37,250 nucleotides of DNA from a virus (Duplodnaviria > Caudoviricetes). The position numbers and the translations under genes were made by a program. Each line of letters begins with the position of its first letter. Positions within the stretch are counted from its first letter, which is position 1. This document shows positions 34,329 to 37,250 of the stretch, piece after piece. The notes beneath the pieces were generated by a model. It saw only the letters and a list, made by a program, of their open reading frames with translations, was not told the DNA's origin and ran no database searches. The stretch spans positions 1 to 37,250 of the IMG/VR virus record IMGVR_UViG_3300003937_000095; one strand, given 5' to 3'.

Positions 34329-37250
34329 TAATAACACTCCACTTGTTCTTTGTCTCTAATAAACTGTTCAAAACTATCTCTATATAATTTATTATCACTA
34401 AATAATTGCTCTTTAGTTCCATATTTAAAAATAAGATCATACCTACCATCAACATCTCTAAATGTTTTTGAATCATCTCCTATTCTAGATAATGAATGTT
34501 GCCAATGATTAAACATAGCTGCATTGTCAAATAATATTCTACTAGTAGCTGCGTATTCCATATTTGGATCTGTGTATGTTCTAAAATAACTTTCGTCTCT
34601 TGAGTGTAAATCACTTCTATATAATTTAGCTTCTTGTTCTGGCATTATACCATCAAATCTTCTTCTAAATTCTGATCCATATTGATTAACAATTTCTGAT
34701 AAAATATCATCATGCCCATTATTTTTTAAATATCTAAATACTGCATTGCCCATTCTTTTATTTATTTTAAAAGCTGGTAATCTTATTCCATCTTTTCCTG
34801 TAGCAAAAGTACCAAATGCTACTTCTGGTTTAATCATAAACTTCACTAAATCTTGTAAAGAAGTATTTACATTATCTAAGTCCTGCCTAGATTCTTTTGT
34901 ATCTTCTTTATTGCTAAACTCATCAATAAAATCTTTGACTAAAGCATCTTCTTGTAATCTTTCAAGTGACCAGTTTTCTTTTCCATATGGATTATTTACA
35001 TTGTCTTTATATGTTATAGAAGCTAATCCACCAAGAGTTTTAGACAATTGTTGATATTGAAATAAAAATTTATTTTCTCTGTCTAATTCTAATCCTAAAT
35101 GCTGTACTTGAATATCACCTGTTACCATTAATAAAGAATATGCATCTATAAGTTCTTTTTTAGTAAGGTCTTGATATTTTATAGGATTATTTAATATGTA
35201 ATATTCACCTCCATAAAAACTATCACTTTTATTTGGAGCAATCCATCTCGATTGTTCAAAGAAAATTTTACCATCTGTTTCTCTTTTTTTATAAACATAA
35301 ATTGGATTTTTAGAGCTTTTATTTTTTATAATTTGTTTTTTACCTTGAGGAACAGTTTTAATAGATAAGTTGTATGCTTCTGTTAAAGATTTATTTCCAT
35401 TAATTTTGCCTATAAAATCAGATTCTTTTTGATTTAAATATTCTATAAGGTAATCTGTATTTCTTAATTTTGATTTTGCTCTTAACAATGAATCTGTTTG
35501 ATTTTTACCAGCTTTATTTATAAATCTTTGTAACGATAATTTTTGTTTATCTAAAGCTGCGTACAGTAATGAATAGTTTCTAACTTGTTTTTCATTAATT
35601 ACTTTGTCTCTTGCTAAAGATTTTACATACCCACTAAGAAAAGTTCCACTAACTACACCTCCATCGTCATCCATATTTTTAACAAAGTTATCATAAGTTA
35701 AATCTCCACTTAAAGCTGTAAAAACATCTATTCTATCCATAATATTTTCAACTGCTTTTCTAGCTGATAAACCTTTACCTCCTGCTACATTAGAAGAAGA
35801 CTCAAAGTTTAATACTTTTTGATTTAATTTAGAAACAACAAAAGAAGATATTGTTCCATTTTTAATTTTATCTATATTTGTCCTATCTATAAAAATTTTA
35901 GATTGAGTTGGATTCATTGCTGGATTTATTTTTAATAAATCATTCCAATCTTTAATACTATTTAAATTATTACCAAAAAAGAAATTATTTAAAAAAGTTA
36001 TTTCATCTCTTCTTCCTCTTCTTATTCTATCATTTCTTAATCTATCATACAAGAATTTATTTGGATTATTATAAAAACTATCTAACTCTGAACGAACCAT
36101 TCCTATTTCATTAGCATCAGGTGGTCTTCTTCCAGCTGCGTCAAATACATCAGTCAATACTCTTTGAGATTTAGACTTTACTCTAAATATTTCAATTATA
36201 GCATCTTTTATTATTCTTCTTTCAGGTAGATCTTTAGTTTCTATAGTGAAAAAACCTTTAAAATTTTGTTGTCCAAAATTAAATTCTATATTATCTAATG
36301 CATATCCATCTGGTTTATCTCCAAACAATATATAATCTCTTATTTCATTTTGTTTTGCTCTACTTGCCCAATTAGGTTTTTTAGCAGCATCAATAATAGA
36401 TTGTAATGTATTTTTATATGTTTGTAAAAATTCTGAATAATTTAATTTATCAGATTTACTAACATTAGTTACTCCCATATTTTCTAATGATATTAAATTT
36501 GGATTTCTTAAAAAGAAAGATAATTCAGTAGATAGTTTTTTAGCTACACCAAAATTCTTTTTTGATTGTTGATACAATTTCATATGTTTATCTAAATTAT
36601 CTTCAAAACTATATTCACTACCAGCAGTGCTAGGTTCATCGCCCATACCAAAGAAATCCATAGAAAGTTCCGTAGAAGGGTATATATAAGCATCTACAGA
36701 CATTCCAGAATCATTCCATATATCATTAGATAAATTAGTTGGTTTTGTATGGTAACTAAACAAAGCATCAACATCGAAATCAGCTTGGTGTGTTTGTGCT
36801 ATGTCATATACATTAACACCAACCACATTACCTTGTTCTGGATCAAAAAATCCTTCTACTTTATGAACTGCTACATCACCACCAAGATTAGGCATTCTTA
36901 ATGAAAGGGAGTGTAAATAAAATTTTGTATCAGAATCTTTGCTTAATAATAATAATTCATCATGTACTCTTGACATGGTTCTTCTATTTTCAGTTTTCTT
37001 TTCTATTTCTTCAATTTTTTTTATTTCATTTTTTAACTCTTTTTGTGATAATGATTTATATGGATCTTGAATTGTCCATTCACCTTCATAATCTCTGCCT
37101 AATTGAACATCTCTTTTTATAGGAGATTTACTATCTTTAGTTGGCATATTAACTGTTAATATATATTGTATTTTATCAACATCATCCATAATAATATTTC
37201 CATCATCATAAGATAATTTTTTACCACCCATAGCAACTTGTATTCTTTTA
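34328..37250 (-). CDS. C-terminal part of a giant protein with a two-barrel RNA polymerase catalytic motif (putative virion RNAP); 5'-truncated
   Basis: Frame is open beyond 37231 to the window edge; RMP (36890-36898) about 38 aa before ADFDVD (36767-36784). Confidence 0.72.
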   Translation of the reverse strand, partial: KRIQVAMGGKKLSYDDGNIIMDDVDKIQYILTVNMPTKDSKSPIKRDVQLGRDYEGEWTIQDPYKSLSQKELKNEIKKIEEIEKKTENRRTMSRVHDELLLLSKDSDTKFYLHSLSLRMPNLGGDVAVHKVEGFFDPEQGNVVGVNVYDIAQTHQADFDVDALFSYHTKPTNLSNDIWNDSGMSVDAYIYPSTELSMDFFGMGDEPSTAGSEYSFEDNLDKHMKLYQQSKKNFGVAKKLSTELSFFLRNPNLISLENMGVTNVSKSDKLNYSEFLQTYKNTLQSIIDAAKKPNWASRAKQNEIRDYILFGDKPDGYALDNIEFNFGQQNFKGFFTIETKDLPERRIIKDAIIEIFRVKSKSQRVLTDVFDAAGRRPPDANEIGMVRSELDSFYNNPNKFLYDRLRNDRIRRGRRDEITFLNNFFFGNNLNSIKDWNDLLKINPAMNPTQSKIFIDRTNIDKIKNGTISSFVVSKLNQKVLNFESSSNVAGGKGLSARKAVENIMDRIDVFTALSGDLTYDNFVKNMDDDGGVVSGTFLSGYVKSLARDKVINEKQVRNYSLLYAALDKQKLSLQRFINKAGKNQTDSLLRAKSKLRNTDYLIEYLNQKESDFIGKINGNKSLTEAYNLSIKTVPQGKKQIIKNKSSKNPIYVYKKRETDGKIFFEQSRWIAPNKSDSFYGGEYYILNNPIKYQDLTKKELIDAYSLLMVTGDIQVQHLGLELDRENKFLFQYQQLSKTLGGLASITYKDNVNNPYGKENWSLERLQEDALVKDFIDEFSNKEDTKESRQDLDNVNTSLQDLVKFMIKPEVAFGTFATGKDGIRLPAFKINKRMGNAVFRYLKNNGHDDILSEIVNQYGSEFRRRFDGIMPEQEAKLYRSDLHSRDESYFRTYTDPNMEYAATSRILFDNAAMFNHWQHSLSRIGDDSKTFRDVDGRYDLIFKYGTKEQLFSDNKLYRDSFEQFIRDKEQVECY

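Noticed and set aside
1485-37122. Opposite-strand or nested ORFs in the track (e.g. 1485+, 1916+, 3563-, 5709+, 6936+, 9640+, 10897+, 15872+, 18931+, 19824+, 21440-, 23101-, 23648-, 24721-, 24825-, 27461-, 27801-, 28039-, 34746+, 36901+)
   Set aside because: Shadows of better-supported genes; no SD or recognisable motifs.
1-37250. Stop-codon reassignment as in some crAss-like phages
   Set aside because: Hallmark genes are intact under the standard code, coding density is high and no suppressor tRNA was seen.

Overview
AT-rich fragment of a tailed dsDNA phage genome (podovirus-like organisation; no host genes, tRNAs or CRISPR array seen), arranged in two divergent arms. The minus-strand arm from ~20,060 leftwards carries TerS, a Zn-ribbon metallophosphoesterase, TerL, an M15 endolysin, portal, scaffold, major capsid, decoration/adaptor proteins, a 1213-aa tail fibre, membrane/lysis genes, a run of tiny Lys-rich proteins and a truncated tail protein. 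The plus-strand early/replication arm (20,262-31,590) carries a Cas4-like nuclease, a Sak/Rad52-like annealase, SSB, a DUF932-like protein, a Dam-like methylase, DnaB and a RuvC-like resolvase, with no recognisable DNA polymerase or primase. Two large minus-strand genes converge on it from the right. The 5'-truncated one contains R-x-P...ADFDVD, the catalytic signature of two-barrel RNA polymerases, suggesting a crAss-type virion RNAP. The most striking unexplained signals are non-coding: a ~470-nt densely base-paired region (20,750-21,220), four intergenic elements closed by 13-14-bp helices whose G-U pairs all point to + strand RNA, and a repeated ACTTGTAT-N18-TAAnTTA promoter-like motif. 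All calls come from reading motifs by eye; no searches or folding programs were run.
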